64,000 nucleotides of DNA. Origin: Candidatus Woesearchaeota archaeon (GTDB taxonomy: Archaea; Nanobdellota; Nanobdellia; Woesearchaeales; UBA10216). The stretch lies in the NCBI GenBank assembly GCA_016180195.1, contig JACPBS010000010.1:16687-80686 (forward strand), read 5' to 3'. Both the position numbers and the translations under genes were made by a program. Positions 19,665 through 29,485 of this stretch are shown here, in pieces (positions within the stretch are counted from its first letter, which is position 1; each line of letters opens with the position of its first letter). The notes under the pieces were generated by a model. The model searched no databases, was not told the origin of the DNA, and saw only the letters and a program-made list of their open reading frames with translations.

Positions 19665-20612
19665 ATGAAGTATTCTGGTTTCGCGCTTCTTGCACTTATT
19701 GGTTTGGCGATTGTCCAGGTTGCGTTTATTGCGCAGTCTGAAAATAAGGCAACCGTTGAAATTAGGCAGGAGGAATATTCAGGCAAAGAAGAGGCTTTAG
19801 AAAGCCGTTCCGCTGATCAGGTGGAAGTCAACGAAACACTGGTTGAGGTAGCGCATGAGGTCAGGAAGACCCTTGTAATCCATAGGAAAAAGGGGCAGAG
19901 TGAAACTGTCAGTACGGTTACTGGTTCGGTGATTGAGATACAGGCGCCAGTATCCTCGGGCGTTCAGCCAATGCAGTTTCCTGACCTTTCACCTGCAATG
20001 GTGGGTGGTAGTGCAGTTTACGCAGGGGAGCCCGTTACGTTTGCTGCGGTGATTGAAAACAATGGAAACGGCGTTTCCCTTGATTTCAACATAAAATGGG
20101 TTATGGATTCGAGTGTTGTTGGTTATGGAAGCGTTAGGGGGATTCCTGCAAATTCGCGGCGTTCACTTCAATTTCCCTGGGTTGCTACCCCGGGATATCA
20201 TAATATTACCTTGATCCTGGATACGGATGCCCATGTCAATGAGTCTGACGAGACAAATAACCATGCATCGTACATGTTCGGGGTGCTTGAGAGCAGGCTG
20301 CCTGATCTTTTGCCAACCCCTATCTCGGCTCGGATTGATGGGACTTCTGCGGAATTTGAGAGTGCAGTTTTGAATGATGGGCAAACAAATTCTTCCGCAT
20401 TCAACATAAGGTGGGTTCTTGATGGTTTAACAGTGGGCTATGGAAGCATTGGCCGGATTCCTTCCAGGTCTTCATCAATGGAAAACTCAAGGATAGGCAT
20501 TGAGGTTGAAAGGGGGCTGCATAACATCACATTCTTGCTTGATGCAGATAACCATATCCTGGAATCTGATGAAGCTAATAATCAGGTAAGCCTCCAGTTC
20601 CTGATAGAATAA
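19665..20612 (+). CDS. Secreted protein with two CARDB-like domains
   Basis: Signal peptide. Two repeats ending in the CARDB-typical ESDETNN / ESDEANN motif, each with an NITLILDTD-like core. Confidence 0.6.
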   Translation: MKYSGFALLALIGLAIVQVAFIAQSENKATVEIRQEEYSGKEEALESRSADQVEVNETLVEVAHEVRKTLVIHRKKGQSETVSTVTGSVIEIQAPVSSGVQPMQFPDLSPAMVGGSAVYAGEPVTFAAVIENNGNGVSLDFNIKWVMDSSVVGYGSVRGIPANSRRSLQFPWVATPGYHNITLILDTDAHVNESDETNNHASYMFGVLESRLPDLLPTPISARIDGTSAEFESAVLNDGQTNSSAFNIRWVLDGLTVGYGSIGRIPSRSSSMENSRIGIEVERGLHNITFLLDADNHILESDEANNQVSLQFLIE

Positions 20613-20613
20613 T

Positions 20614-20943
20614 TCATGACAGTGTGGGTATTGGTGGTGGAGCTACATCATTTCCGGCTGGTTGGCTGATTGTGGGTATTTCAGGGGGGACAGATTCATT
20701 CTTCCCTTCCTGGCGGGGAATTGGCGGAGTTTCGGTTTGCTTAACAGGCTCTATTGGCAGTTTATCGTTTTTTTCAGGAAGTTTGGGCGGGATTATTTCC
20801 GATGGTCTGTTAAAATCATCCGCTTCATTGACATAATTGGTCTTGAATAGCATGAATGCGGACAAAGCCAGGAATAATGTCACTACGGCGACGCAAATCA
20901 CCCATAATTTTTCTACTTCTCCCTTTTCATTCATTTTAATCAT
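20614..20943 (-). CDS. Small membrane-anchored Pro-rich protein
   Basis: One TM helix, then a PPxxP-rich tail. Confidence 0.4.
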   Translation of the reverse strand: MIKMNEKGEVEKLWVICVAVVTLFLALSAFMLFKTNYVNEADDFNRPSEIIPPKLPEKNDKLPIEPVKQTETPPIPRQEGKNESVPPEIPTISQPAGNDVAPPPIPTLS

Positions 20944-22169
20944 CCGAAAACGTCTATTACCATCTTAACAAATTTTCCTTCGAACCAGACCATCTTTGTT
21001 GCCCGCGCAATTACAGTTGAATTCCCGCTTCGTGATATATTCAGCTTTCCTGTCCTTGGCTCGTAAGGATCTCCTTCGCAGCAAAGAACTTCCTTTCCTC
21101 CGGGGTATGGTCTTCTGAATCCCGATTTCCAGTCATGGCATGCGTCAGCTGATGCAGAGTCGTAAAATGTGCATCCGTTTGTTCCCTGGCAGCTTTTGTC
21201 GCACTTTCCATTGCTTCGCTGCCTTGTGCAGTCCGAATTGCAGTCATTTGGGCCGTATCCAAGCAGGAAATTTACTGTTGTTGTGTTGCCGCCTTTTATA
21301 AAAAGATTCCTGATGTCAGGTGTGTATGCCCCTCTTGAGGCTATTAGGGTGTAGTTATTTTCAGGAACCGCCATCAGATAGCTTCCGTCGCTTCTTGTAG
21401 TGCTTGAATTCGCAAAGGGTATCGTTTCCACTTTTGCCCCAGTCAGGAGCCCCAGGTCTATGCCTGTGACCGTGCCATTTACGCATCCCCTGCAATTTCC
21501 TGATGGGCAGTAGCTGAAAAAGGAGGAGTTGCAATCGCTTGTGGGGCCGTCGCATCCGTCATCCACCCCGTTCCCGTCAGAGTCAAGCATCCTCCAGTCG
21601 CCTCCAACGCATTTGAATCCGTTCTCGCATGAATTTTCATAGCAGGTTGCGTTGAGGCATAAGGCATAAACCCGTCCTCCGGTTGCAGCAAGCCCGCTTT
21701 GCTTGTAGTTGAAGCAGTCCCCCACATGGGCATCGTCAAAGTCGGATAGCGAGAATGCGCATGCGTCATAGTTTGCATTCAAGCAAGTGGTGTTCGCGTT
21801 GTCCAGGACTGAAGAGGCAAGGACTGGTGAGGAAGCAATGAATAGGGACCATGTAAGGTTTATTGGGTATGCTGAAGTTGTATTTGTGGACGCGTGTCCG
21901 TTTGATGCGTCGGACAGCCATGCTATCGTGTTCCTTGACGTGCTCAGGTTAGGAGCACCCTTGCAGCATATGCTTACCTTGTTGTTTGCTCCGATTGCGT
22001 TTGGCAATGAAGGATGGGCATTTTCCCAGTCAGTCATGTTGATGAGCGTGATTTCGTTGTTGCAGAAGTCCCCTGCGGATAGGTTTGCTGTTCGGCAGGA
22101 AAGCCTTGCTGAGGCACTTGGAGTAAGAAAAACCGCAATTAACAATAACAGGGCGAAATATTTTTTCAT
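20940..22169 (-). CDS. Cys-rich secreted protein with a carboxypeptidase-regulatory-like beta-sandwich segment
   Basis: Start set at MKKYFALLLLIAVFLTPSASA (signal peptide). More than 30 Cys. The GTVTGIDLGLLTGAKVET...SDGSYLM segment resembles a CarbopepD_reg-like fold. Confidence 0.5.
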   Translation of the reverse strand: MKKYFALLLLIAVFLTPSASARLSCRTANLSAGDFCNNEITLINMTDWENAHPSLPNAIGANNKVSICCKGAPNLSTSRNTIAWLSDASNGHASTNTTSAYPINLTWSLFIASSPVLASSVLDNANTTCLNANYDACAFSLSDFDDAHVGDCFNYKQSGLAATGGRVYALCLNATCYENSCENGFKCVGGDWRMLDSDGNGVDDGCDGPTSDCNSSFFSYCPSGNCRGCVNGTVTGIDLGLLTGAKVETIPFANSSTTRSDGSYLMAVPENNYTLIASRGAYTPDIRNLFIKGGNTTTVNFLLGYGPNDCNSDCTRQRSNGKCDKSCQGTNGCTFYDSASADACHDWKSGFRRPYPGGKEVLCCEGDPYEPRTGKLNISRSGNSTVIARATKMVWFEGKFVKMVIDVFG

Positions 22170-22212
22170 ATTACCTCTTTTGTTCTGCCTTATTGTTACG
22201 TATTTATATGTT

Positions 22213-22617
22213 TTATGGTGAAAAAGATGCGGCACAGTACCTGCAGCAAAAGGAGAATGCCTTGCTTCCGAATCTTTGTTTAAAACCTCTGCCATAAACC
22301 TTGCATCCGCAGTGGGCGCATGAGGTTATGCCGTGGAAAAGGGATTCGTAAGCTATGTTTCCGAACATTGTCAGCATTTTTTTTGCAAATTCCTTGCCTT
22401 TTTTTGTCATCCTGTAGGTCTTCTTGTCGCGTTTTCCCGTGTTGCCTGCCGAAATAATGCCTTTCTCGGAAAGAAGGGTGAGGAAAGGGTACACCTGGCT
22501 CGGGCTAACTTTTCGCTCTAGCTTTTCCCTTAGATCCTTTATTATCTCGTAGCCGTGCTTTGGCCTGTCCTTCAAGAGGAGCAATGTATAGAAATTTATA
22601 AGGCTGTTAATCTGCAT
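22213..22617 (-). CDS. PadR-family transcriptional regulator with a C-terminal Cys4 zinc ribbon
   Basis: wHTH with PKHGYEIIKDL...SQVYPFLTLLSEKGII (PadR signature). C-terminal CAHCGC...CCRYC. Start set at the internal Met. Confidence 0.6.
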   Translation of the reverse strand: MQINSLINFYTLLLLKDRPKHGYEIIKDLREKLERKVSPSQVYPFLTLLSEKGIISAGNTGKRDKKTYRMTKKGKEFAKKMLTMFGNIAYESLFHGITSCAHCGCKVYGRGFKQRFGSKAFSFCCRYCAASFSP

Positions 22618-22674
22618 AAGATGGCATTTTGGACCGAAATATTTAAATATTTCTATATATCTTTTTTTAGACAT

Positions 22675-23097
22675 ATGAAGCGTAAGATGGTGATTTCCGG
22701 GGTATTGGCAGTGGTCCTTGTGGTTGCTGGACTGGCTGCTTTTACCTTGATTAGCAAGCCTGTTCCAGTCAAGTATCAGACCCTTACAAGCGATGAGAAA
22801 GGGGTGGTGATTGATGTCACCCCCCTCAGCGTGGGCACCAAGGAACCAATGAAGTTCGATTTCGTGCTTACAACTCATCAGGGGTCTCTGGATTTTGATA
22901 TGACCCGGAATACCGTGATTGTGGATTCGAACGGGAACGTGTACACGCCTACGGAATGGGAGGGAAGCCCGCCTGGCGGCCATCACAGGTCAGGCACGTT
23001 GGCTTTCCAGCCGCTTAAAGCCAAGGCTTCGGGTGTTAAATTGCTCGTTAAGGATGTGGGCGTGCCTGAAAGGTTTTTTGAATGGGTTTTGAGGTGA
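22675..23097 (+). CDS. Hypothetical secreted or membrane-anchored protein
   Basis: Start set at MKRKMVISGVLAVVLVVAGLAA (signal anchor). Beta-rich remainder. Confidence 0.4.
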   Translation: MKRKMVISGVLAVVLVVAGLAAFTLISKPVPVKYQTLTSDEKGVVIDVTPLSVGTKEPMKFDFVLTTHQGSLDFDMTRNTVIVDSNGNVYTPTEWEGSPPGGHHRSGTLAFQPLKAKASGVKLLVKDVGVPERFFEWVLR

Positions 23098-23101
23098 AAA
23101 A

Positions 23102-23371
23102 ATGAGAAATGAGCTTGATGTTAACAGGGTTGGCATAAGCGTTGCGATTACGTCAGAGATCATCTCGTTCGCTTGCCTTTTATTGGTTGTTGCCCTTCCA
23201 AGACATATTATGTTGTTCATTGCCAACAGCATGACTCATTCATTTGACTTTGAGAGCATAATGACCGCAGGCATAACATTGCAGTCTGTTGTCACTGGTT
23301 TGGTTGCAATAGGCTTTTTAAGCTACGTGTCCGGCGCGATTTTTGCCATTGTATATAACAAGCTCAGGTAA
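23102..23371 (+). CDS. Hypothetical small membrane protein
   Basis: Three hydrophobic helices. Begins 5 nt after the upstream stop. Confidence 0.35.
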   Translation: MRNELDVNRVGISVAITSEIISFACLLLVVALPRHIMLFIANSMTHSFDFESIMTAGITLQSVVTGLVAIGFLSYVSGAIFAIVYNKLR

Positions 23372-23975
23372 AAAATTGCATTCAAAATCAGAATGGAGGG
23401 TTGATTTTTTCAACAAATTTGCAGAATTCTATGATTTTACCCGGTTCTTTCTCACCAATACAAAGATCACGGTGGATAATATCCGGCGTTTCCTTCCTGA
23501 AAGGAAGGTTGGGCTGATGGTTGACGTTGGTGGAGGTTCCGGGATAATTAGCAGGGAGTTTCGCGGAAATGCGAGGAAGCTTGTTGTTTTGGACCCGTCA
23601 GAGAGGATGATCAGGAGGGCAAGGTCAAGGGGTCTGAGTGCAGTGAGGGCGTTTGCGGAGGAAACAGGGCTCAAGAATAAGTCTGTTGATGCCATAATCA
23701 TGATAGATTCTTTTCACCATTTTCGTGATCATGAAAAGGCATTGCTTGAGATGTCCAGGATACTCAAGGACAATGGGGTGATAGTGGTGGAGGAAATAAG
23801 GCCTGATTCTTTTCCTGGAAGGTTCCTGTTTTCGCTGGAATGGGCTCTTGGCTGCGGTAGCAGGTTTTTTGCGCCCGATGAGCTTCAAGGGTTGTTTGAT
23901 GATTCTGGTTTCAAATCTGAAACAGTGAAAGTTGGGTTCAGGTATTATCTGAGGGCTGGAAAATGGCGAAAATGA
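23343..23975 (+). CDS. Class I SAM-dependent methyltransferase
   Basis: Motif [14 protein letters not shown], motif II and post-II residues. The ORF begins at a TTG codon, so the true start is uncertain. Confidence 0.65.
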   Translation: MPLYITSSGKKLHSKSEWRVDFFNKFAEFYDFTRFFLTNTKITVDNIRRFLPERKVGLMVDVGGGSGIISREFRGNARKLVVLDPSERMIRRARSRGLSAVRAFAEETGLKNKSVDAIIMIDSFHHFRDHEKALLEMSRILKDNGVIVVEEIRPDSFPGRFLFSLEWALGCGSRFFAPDELQGLFDDSGFKSETVKVGFRYYLRAGKWRK

Positions 23976-26383
23976 TCATACAGATAAGGGGAATGGACTG
24001 CGCAAGCTGTGCAGCAACTATTGAAAAGTCGCTCAAGCGGGTGAAGGGGGTTTCGGATGCTAATGTTAATTTTGCTAGCGGAAAGGCCATGGTAGTGTAT
24101 GATGAGTCCAAGGCAAGTGAAGAGGGGCTGAATAAGGCTGTGGAGAACTCGGGCTACACGGTAGCGAGGACCGGGGCATTGCAGGGGGTGACGTTCTCTG
24201 TAAGGGGGATGGACTCGCAGCATTGTGCTTTGATTGTGGAGAATGCACTGAGGAAAGTGGCCGGGGTTAGTGAGGCTTCTGCCAGTTATCCGGGAATGAA
24301 GGCAATGGTGAAGTTTTCTCCTCCTGCCACAGTTGATCGGCTTAAGTCTGCAATTGTTGATGCAGGCTATTCTGTGGATGAGGAACCGGGTGACATGGAA
24401 AAGGCTGAAAGGGAAAGAGATATTCTAAAGCTAAGGTCAAAGTTCTTGTTTTCGTTTATCCTTGGCATTCCTCTTGCATACATGGCGATGGGAAGCCTCC
24501 TTAATCTGCCCATGCCCGGAATTGACGAGAAGTTGCTTGCAATTTTTCAGCTGGCGTTGACTGCGCCTATCTTGATCATCAATAATGAGTTTTATATCAG
24601 GGGAATAAGGGCTGTTGTTTTTGGAAGGACTGCTAACATGGACACCTTGGTTGCTGTTGGCACTGGGGCTGCTTTTATATACAGTCTTGTTGTGACTTTC
24701 CTTATTGTTTTTGGAAATGCCGCGGTAGGTGTTCATGACCTGTATTATGAGATCGCGGGCCTTCTCTTGATGTTCATAGTTCTGGGCAAGCTGCTTGAGG
24801 CGATTGCCAAGGGAAAGACTTCCGAGGCAATCAAGAAGCTTCTTGGGTTGCAGGCAAAAACAGCAGTTGTAGTCAGGAGGGGTAAGGAGTCTGTTATACC
24901 GATAGAAGAGGTTGTGGCCGGGGATATTGTTGTTGTAAAGCCAGGTCAAAAAATCCCGGTTGACGGCATTGTTATTGATGGCCATTCTTCAGTTGATGAG
25001 TCAATGGTGACCGGCGAGAGCATTCCAGTTGAGAAAGTTAAGGGAAGCACTGTAATCGGGTCTACGATTAATACAACCGGAAGCTTCAGGTTAAAGGCAA
25101 CAAAGGTTGGTAAGGACACGCTTCTTGCCCAGATTATAAAGCTCGTTGAGGAGGCCCAGAGCAGCAAGGCCCCTATACAGAAGCTGGCAGACCAGATATC
25201 TGCATATTTTGTTCCTGCAGTGGCTGGTGTGGCTCTTGTTTCTGCAATTGCTTGGTTTGCTTTGGGGTATGGATTTGTTTTTAGCCTTTCGATATTCATA
25301 GCTGTGCTGATAATAGCTTGCCCGTGCGCAATGGGGCTCGCAACCCCCACCGCAATTATGGTGGGGACTGATTTGGGCGCGCAGAACGGGATACTTTTCA
25401 AGACTGCAGAATCGCTCCAGGTAGCCCACAAGTCAGGAGTGATTGTGTTTGACAAGACAGGCACCCTGACAAGGGGTAAGCCTGAAGTGACTGATTTGAT
25501 TGCTCGTCGTGGCGATGAATTGCTTAGGCTTGCAGCTATTGCTGAGAAAAAATCGGAGCACCCGCTCGCGAATGCAATACTGGATGCTGCCGAAAAGCGG
25601 GGAATAAAAGTGCCTGAACCATTGAAGTTTATCTCTTTAACCGGCAGGGGTGTGGATGCAACATACGGAAGCAAGAGGATACTTTTCGGCAACAAGAGGC
25701 TGATGGCTGAGAGAAAAATCAGCCTGGCTGGCTTTGGGCAGGATATAGAGCGGCTTGAGAATCAGGGAAAGACAGCAATGATCCTTGCTCATGATGGGAA
25801 AGTGGCTGGCGTGATCGGTGTTGCTGACACGATAAAGGCAGATACAAGGGAAGCGATAAGCGAGCTTAAGGGCATGGGTAAGGAAGTGGTTATGATCACG
25901 GGTGATAATAGAAGGACTGCCGGGGCGATTGCATCTCAGCTCGGGATAGATACTGTGCTGGCAGAGGTTCTTCCCGAAGATAAGGAGAAGGAAATCAAGA
26001 GGCTGAAGTCAGAGGGGAAAAAGGTTGCGATGGTTGGTGACGGCATCAATGATGCTCCTGCCCTTGCAGCAGCAGATGTCGGGATTGCAATTGGATCTGG
26101 GACTGATGTGGCGATAGAAACAGGGGATATTGTCCTTGTAAAGAGCAATTTGAAGGATGTTGCCCTTGCATTTAGGCTTAGCAGCTACACGGAAAGGAAG
26201 ATAAAGCAGAATCTTTTCTGGGCTTTCTTTTATAACACGGCAGGGATTCCGATTGCAGCCGGTTTGTTATTCCCGTTCACTGGGTTTCTCCTTAACCCGA
26301 TTGTGGCAGGAGCTGCAATGGCGTTCAGCTCTGTTAGCGTAGTTGGCAATACATTGCTTATGAGAAGATTCAGGGCGAAGTAA
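23963..26383 (+). CDS. copA: Copper-translocating P1B-type ATPase with two N-terminal HMA domains
   Basis: [12 protein letters not shown] and [12 protein letters not shown] metal-binding motifs. CPC motif ([12 protein letters not shown]), [17 protein letters not shown]. Confidence 0.9.
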   Translation: MAKMIIQIRGMDCASCAATIEKSLKRVKGVSDANVNFASGKAMVVYDESKASEEGLNKAVENSGYTVARTGALQGVTFSVRGMDSQHCALIVENALRKVAGVSEASASYPGMKAMVKFSPPATVDRLKSAIVDAGYSVDEEPGDMEKAERERDILKLRSKFLFSFILGIPLAYMAMGSLLNLPMPGIDEKLLAIFQLALTAPILIINNEFYIRGIRAVVFGRTANMDTLVAVGTGAAFIYSLVVTFLIVFGNAAVGVHDLYYEIAGLLLMFIVLGKLLEAIAKGKTSEAIKKLLGLQAKTAVVVRRGKESVIPIEEVVAGDIVVVKPGQKIPVDGIVIDGHSSVDESMVTGESIPVEKVKGSTVIGSTINTTGSFRLKATKVGKDTLLAQIIKLVEEAQSSKAPIQKLADQISAYFVPAVAGVALVSAIAWFALGYGFVFSLSIFIAVLIIACPCAMGLATPTAIMVGTDLGAQNGILFKTAESLQVAHKSGVIVFDKTGTLTRGKPEVTDLIARRGDELLRLAAIAEKKSEHPLANAILDAAEKRGIKVPEPLKFISLTGRGVDATYGSKRILFGNKRLMAERKISLAGFGQDIERLENQGKTAMILAHDGKVAGVIGVADTIKADTREAISELKGMGKEVVMITGDNRRTAGAIASQLGIDTVLAEVLPEDKEKEIKRLKSEGKKVAMVGDGINDAPALAAADVGIAIGSGTDVAIETGDIVLVKSNLKDVALAFRLSSYTERKIKQNLFWAFFYNTAGIPIAAGLLFPFTGFLLNPIVAGAAMAFSSVSVVGNTLLMRRFRAK

Positions 26384-26410
26384 AAAGAGTAAAGCGCATG
26401 AATCGTTTTT

Positions 26411-26578
26411 CTATTTGTTGCATTCATTGCACCAATCCTCGGAAAGCGCTTCCTGCAGGATAAGCCATGCCTCCTGGACTTTTTTCAATTCAGTGTCAGG
26501 TTGCCTGTTTGTCAGTAGATCAGGGTGCGCTCTTTCAAGGAGCCTTATTGCTTGTTTCACATATAGTTGTCTCACCAT
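26411..26578 (-). CDS. 55-aa ORF with a J-domain-like helix II-HPD-helix III segment (speculative)
   Basis: Not in the ORF track. Reads MVRQLYVKQAIRLLERAHPDLLTNRQPDTELKKVQEAWLILQEAL. This resembles the DnaJ J-domain core but lacks helix I. Confidence 0.2.
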   Translation of the reverse strand: MVRQLYVKQAIRLLERAHPDLLTNRQPDTELKKVQEAWLILQEALSEDWCNECNK

Positions 26579-26659
26579 TTGTTGATATAAGCCTGATTAT
26601 GATTTAATGTTTTTGTATATACTAATAAATGTTTTAAATATCAATTGCTCCTTTTCTGC

Positions 26660-27823
26660 ATGCCCGTATACAGCCCGGAAGAAGACACTTATATGATTCT
26701 GGATGAGGTGAAGAAGCATGCATCCGGAAAAGTCCTGGAGATAGGAACCGGCTCAGGGATAATTGCGGTTGCTGCTGCTAAAAATAAGGATGTTGAATCA
26801 GTTACAGCTGTTGACATTGACAGGGAAGCCATTGAGGCTGCTTCAGGACTGGCTAAAAGGGAAAAAGTCAGGATCAGGTTCGTTCACGGCGACTTGTTCG
26901 CGAATATAAAAGGCAAATTTGACACGATAATTTTCAACCCTCCTTATCTCCCGCAGGATGAGGGAATTGAGGATGTGGCTATTTACGGTGGGAAAAAAGG
27001 GTATGAAACCATTGAAAGGTTTCTTGCCTCCAGCAGAAGTCACCTGGCTGAAAATGGAAAAATACTGCTTTTGTTCAGCAGCCTGACGAAAAAAGAAAGG
27101 GTCGATGCAATGATCGCCGATAGCTGCCTTGAATTTCAACCCTTGTCCGAAAAGCCCCTTTTTTTTGAAAGGCTTTATGTCTATCTTATTGAAAAATCGG
27201 CGCTGCTTAAGGAACTTGAGAATAAGGGGGTCCAGCATTTGAAAAGGTTTGCAAAGGGGCATAGGGGCATAATTTACTTGGGAAGGCTGAAAGGCAGGAA
27301 GGTCGCAGTAAAGGCAGAGCGAAAGCACATGGGCGCCAGATGCAGGGTATTGAATGAGGTGAGGTGGCTCGAGAGGCTTAACAAAAAAGGAATAGGTCCT
27401 AAGCTGTTGTTCGGAAGCAATGATTATTTTGTTTATGAGTTTGTTGAGGGCAGATTTATTGAGGATTTTATTAAGGAGAGCGGCAGGAAAAAGATTGTTG
27501 CCGCAATAAAAAATTTGCTGCATCAGTGCTACTTGATGGATGCGCTAAAGGTGAACAAGGAGGAGATGCATCATCCGGTGAAGCACATCATAGTTTCAAA
27601 GGGAAAGCCTGTCATGATAGATTTTGAAAGGTGCAGGTCAACGGAGAAGCCGAAGAATGTCACTCAGTTCCTTCAGTTTTTGTCCGGCGGCCATCTGGCA
27701 AGTCTGTTGCTAAAAAAAGGAATTAATTTTGACAAGAATGAATTAAGGGATATGGCGAAGGAATATAGCCTGAAAAGGGCAGGCATAAAAAGGCTGGTTG
27801 ATGGGATATTTCATGTATTTTGA
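26660..27823 (+). CDS. HemK/Mtq2-like N5-glutamine methyltransferase fused to a Bud32/RIO-type protein-kinase-like domain
   Basis: N-terminal half has VLEIGTGSGIIAV (motif I) and IIFNPPYLP (motif IV, NPPY). C-terminal half has GHRGIIYLG, VAVK and VMIDFE, which are Bud32/RIO-like. The usual HxD catalytic Asp is not apparent (MHHPVKHII). Confidence 0.65.
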   Translation: MPVYSPEEDTYMILDEVKKHASGKVLEIGTGSGIIAVAAAKNKDVESVTAVDIDREAIEAASGLAKREKVRIRFVHGDLFANIKGKFDTIIFNPPYLPQDEGIEDVAIYGGKKGYETIERFLASSRSHLAENGKILLLFSSLTKKERVDAMIADSCLEFQPLSEKPLFFERLYVYLIEKSALLKELENKGVQHLKRFAKGHRGIIYLGRLKGRKVAVKAERKHMGARCRVLNEVRWLERLNKKGIGPKLLFGSNDYFVYEFVEGRFIEDFIKESGRKKIVAAIKNLLHQCYLMDALKVNKEEMHHPVKHIIVSKGKPVMIDFERCRSTEKPKNVTQFLQFLSGGHLASLLLKKGINFDKNELRDMAKEYSLKRAGIKRLVDGIFHVF

Positions 27824-27990
27824 TATGTCAGAAATTGCAAATAAACCTAAAGGTTTATTGCACAATAAACGCCAAGCGTTTATTTGTGCTCTCAACGCAA
27901 ACTGTTCGCTTTAGCGCGCAGTAAGGACGAGCAATTTCTGATCATGAATCAAGAACACGCCCCGGGCTTTAGCCCGGCGGTTCTTGACAA

Positions 27991-28329
27991 TCAATTCAAT
28001 CCCAGGCTTGTTCTAAGTGCTTCATCAACCTTTTCCATAAAATCAACATCCAGTTTCCCTATTTTTTTCAGAAGTCTTGTTTTATCAACGGCTCTTATTT
28101 GGTTTAAAAGGGCTTTTGAATCCTTGTCAAGCCCAAAACCCTTTGGAATCAAAACTTCAAATGGATAAGAGTAATCAGTATTTTTTGAGCTTACAGGTGC
28201 AATTATTGTTGTATCGCTGTATTTGTTTCCAAAATCATTTTGAATAATTATTGCCGGCCTTGATTTATTAATCTCATGCCCCAAAGTGGGATTAAGATTC
28301 ACGATCCATATTTCTCCTCTATTTACCAT
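27991..28329 (-). CDS. mazF: MazF/PemK-family mRNA interferase toxin
   Basis: GEIWIVNLNPTLGHEINKSRPAIIIQND...IIAPVSS...LNQIRAVDKTRL is the classic MazF fold sequence. Confidence 0.8.
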   Translation of the reverse strand: MVNRGEIWIVNLNPTLGHEINKSRPAIIIQNDFGNKYSDTTIIAPVSSKNTDYSYPFEVLIPKGFGLDKDSKALLNQIRAVDKTRLLKKIGKLDVDFMEKVDEALRTSLGLN

Positions 28330-28547
28330 TCTTCAAACTCTGAAGAGGCAGGTTCCCATTCCTTCAAGGTTTCCAGGTTGGATTTCCCCAAGCTTTTGTA
28401 GCCAGTTATTAGTTCTTTTTTCAACTCCATTTTCTTCACCTTCTTAATCAGTCCTGAGATAATCTCGTCATAAGTCTCATTATCTTTTTTTAGCTCATCC
28501 AGGGCAAATTTGGTTTTATAGTGTATTTTCACTGTTGTAACATTCAT
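28323..28547 (-). CDS. Putative cognate antitoxin of MazF
   Basis: Small ORF immediately upstream, overlapping the toxin start by 7 nt. Start set at MNVTTVKIHY, right after a TATA box and direct repeats. Confidence 0.5.
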   Translation of the reverse strand: MNVTTVKIHYKTKFALDELKKDNETYDEIISGLIKKVKKMELKKELITGYKSLGKSNLETLKEWEPASSEFEEW

Positions 28548-28569
28548 GGTATACTTTAGGTATACTTTT
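28548..28569 (-). promoter_or_regulatory. Tandem direct repeat (GGTATACTTT x2, containing the GTATAC palindrome) between the TATA box and the antitoxin start; candidate autoregulatory operator
   Basis: Repeat seen directly. The TATA-like box catataaa lies just upstream on the minus strand. Confidence 0.35.
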
Positions 28570-28690
28570 GCATATAAAAATATTTTCATTTCGAATTGCA
28601 GATTAATAAACATTAGCCAAAAAAAACCGTAAATTTGGGCTATGGAATCGGAAAAGCTTTTAAAAATGAAAACCAGTTTTTCATTCCTTC

Positions 28691-28999
28691 ATGAAAATGA
28701 CCTTCAACCGGAAAGTATACTGCCTTTGCAGGAAAATACCGAAAGGAAAAGTGACGACCTACAAGATTGTTGCAGAAAAGCTGGGCACAAAAGCGTACCG
28801 CGCAGTTGGCAATGCGTTAAACAAAAATCCGGATTCAACCACAGTTCCATGCCATCGCATTGTAGGAAGTGATGGACACCTGACAGGATTTGCAAGAGGG
28901 ATAAGAAAGAAGAAAGGGATGCTGGAAAAGGAAGGGATAAAGATAACCTGTTTTAAAGTCATGGAATTGGAAAAACATGTTTTCAGGTTCGATTTCTGA
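28691..28999 (+). CDS. ogt: Short MGMT/Ogt-family protein (DNA-binding domain with active-site Cys)
   Basis: VTTYKIVAEKLGTKAYRAVGNALNKNP...VPCHRIVGSDGHLTGF carries the PCHR motif. Confidence 0.7.
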   Translation: MKMTFNRKVYCLCRKIPKGKVTTYKIVAEKLGTKAYRAVGNALNKNPDSTTVPCHRIVGSDGHLTGFARGIRKKKGMLEKEGIKITCFKVMELEKHVFRFDF

Positions 29000-29059
29000 T
29001 TATTGGAAACCATAAGGCAGCATGCTGCTGATGAAATACAAAAGTTTAAATCATGATTA

Positions 29060-29485
29060 TTGCGTAAGAAAAGGGGTTATGAGGCCTGGGAATTAAAAAT
29101 GCAGCACTTCATAGAGAAATGGGATTCTTACCTTGGGAAGCTGTTCGCGGTACTGGTTATCGGGATGGCTTTGATCGGGCCGCAAAGCCCGGAGGTCCTG
29201 CGGTATTTCAGCTATTTTGTTTTTGCTATGATCGGTGTTGCTGCTTTTGATATCGTTGCTAACTGGATGCAGCATGAAAGCAAGTTCTGGCACCTGGCAG
29301 CAGTGCTTTCTAATATTATGATGATCGTTAGCTGCCTGTTTATTCTTCAGTTTATGTTAAGCTTTACTTTGCCTTTCCGGATTCCGCCACTTCAGATTTT
29401 TGAGATGCAGAATTTCTTTCTTTACCTGGGTATCTTTTTGTTCATCGAGAATTCAATGTGGACCTGGGTTTATGATCGCGTTTAG
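29060..29485 (+). CDS. Hypothetical membrane protein
   Basis: Four predicted TM helices. No family recognised. Confidence 0.4.
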   Translation: MRKKRGYEAWELKMQHFIEKWDSYLGKLFAVLVIGMALIGPQSPEVLRYFSYFVFAMIGVAAFDIVANWMQHESKFWHLAAVLSNIMMIVSCLFILQFMLSFTLPFRIPPLQIFEMQNFFLYLGIFLFIENSMWTWVYDRV

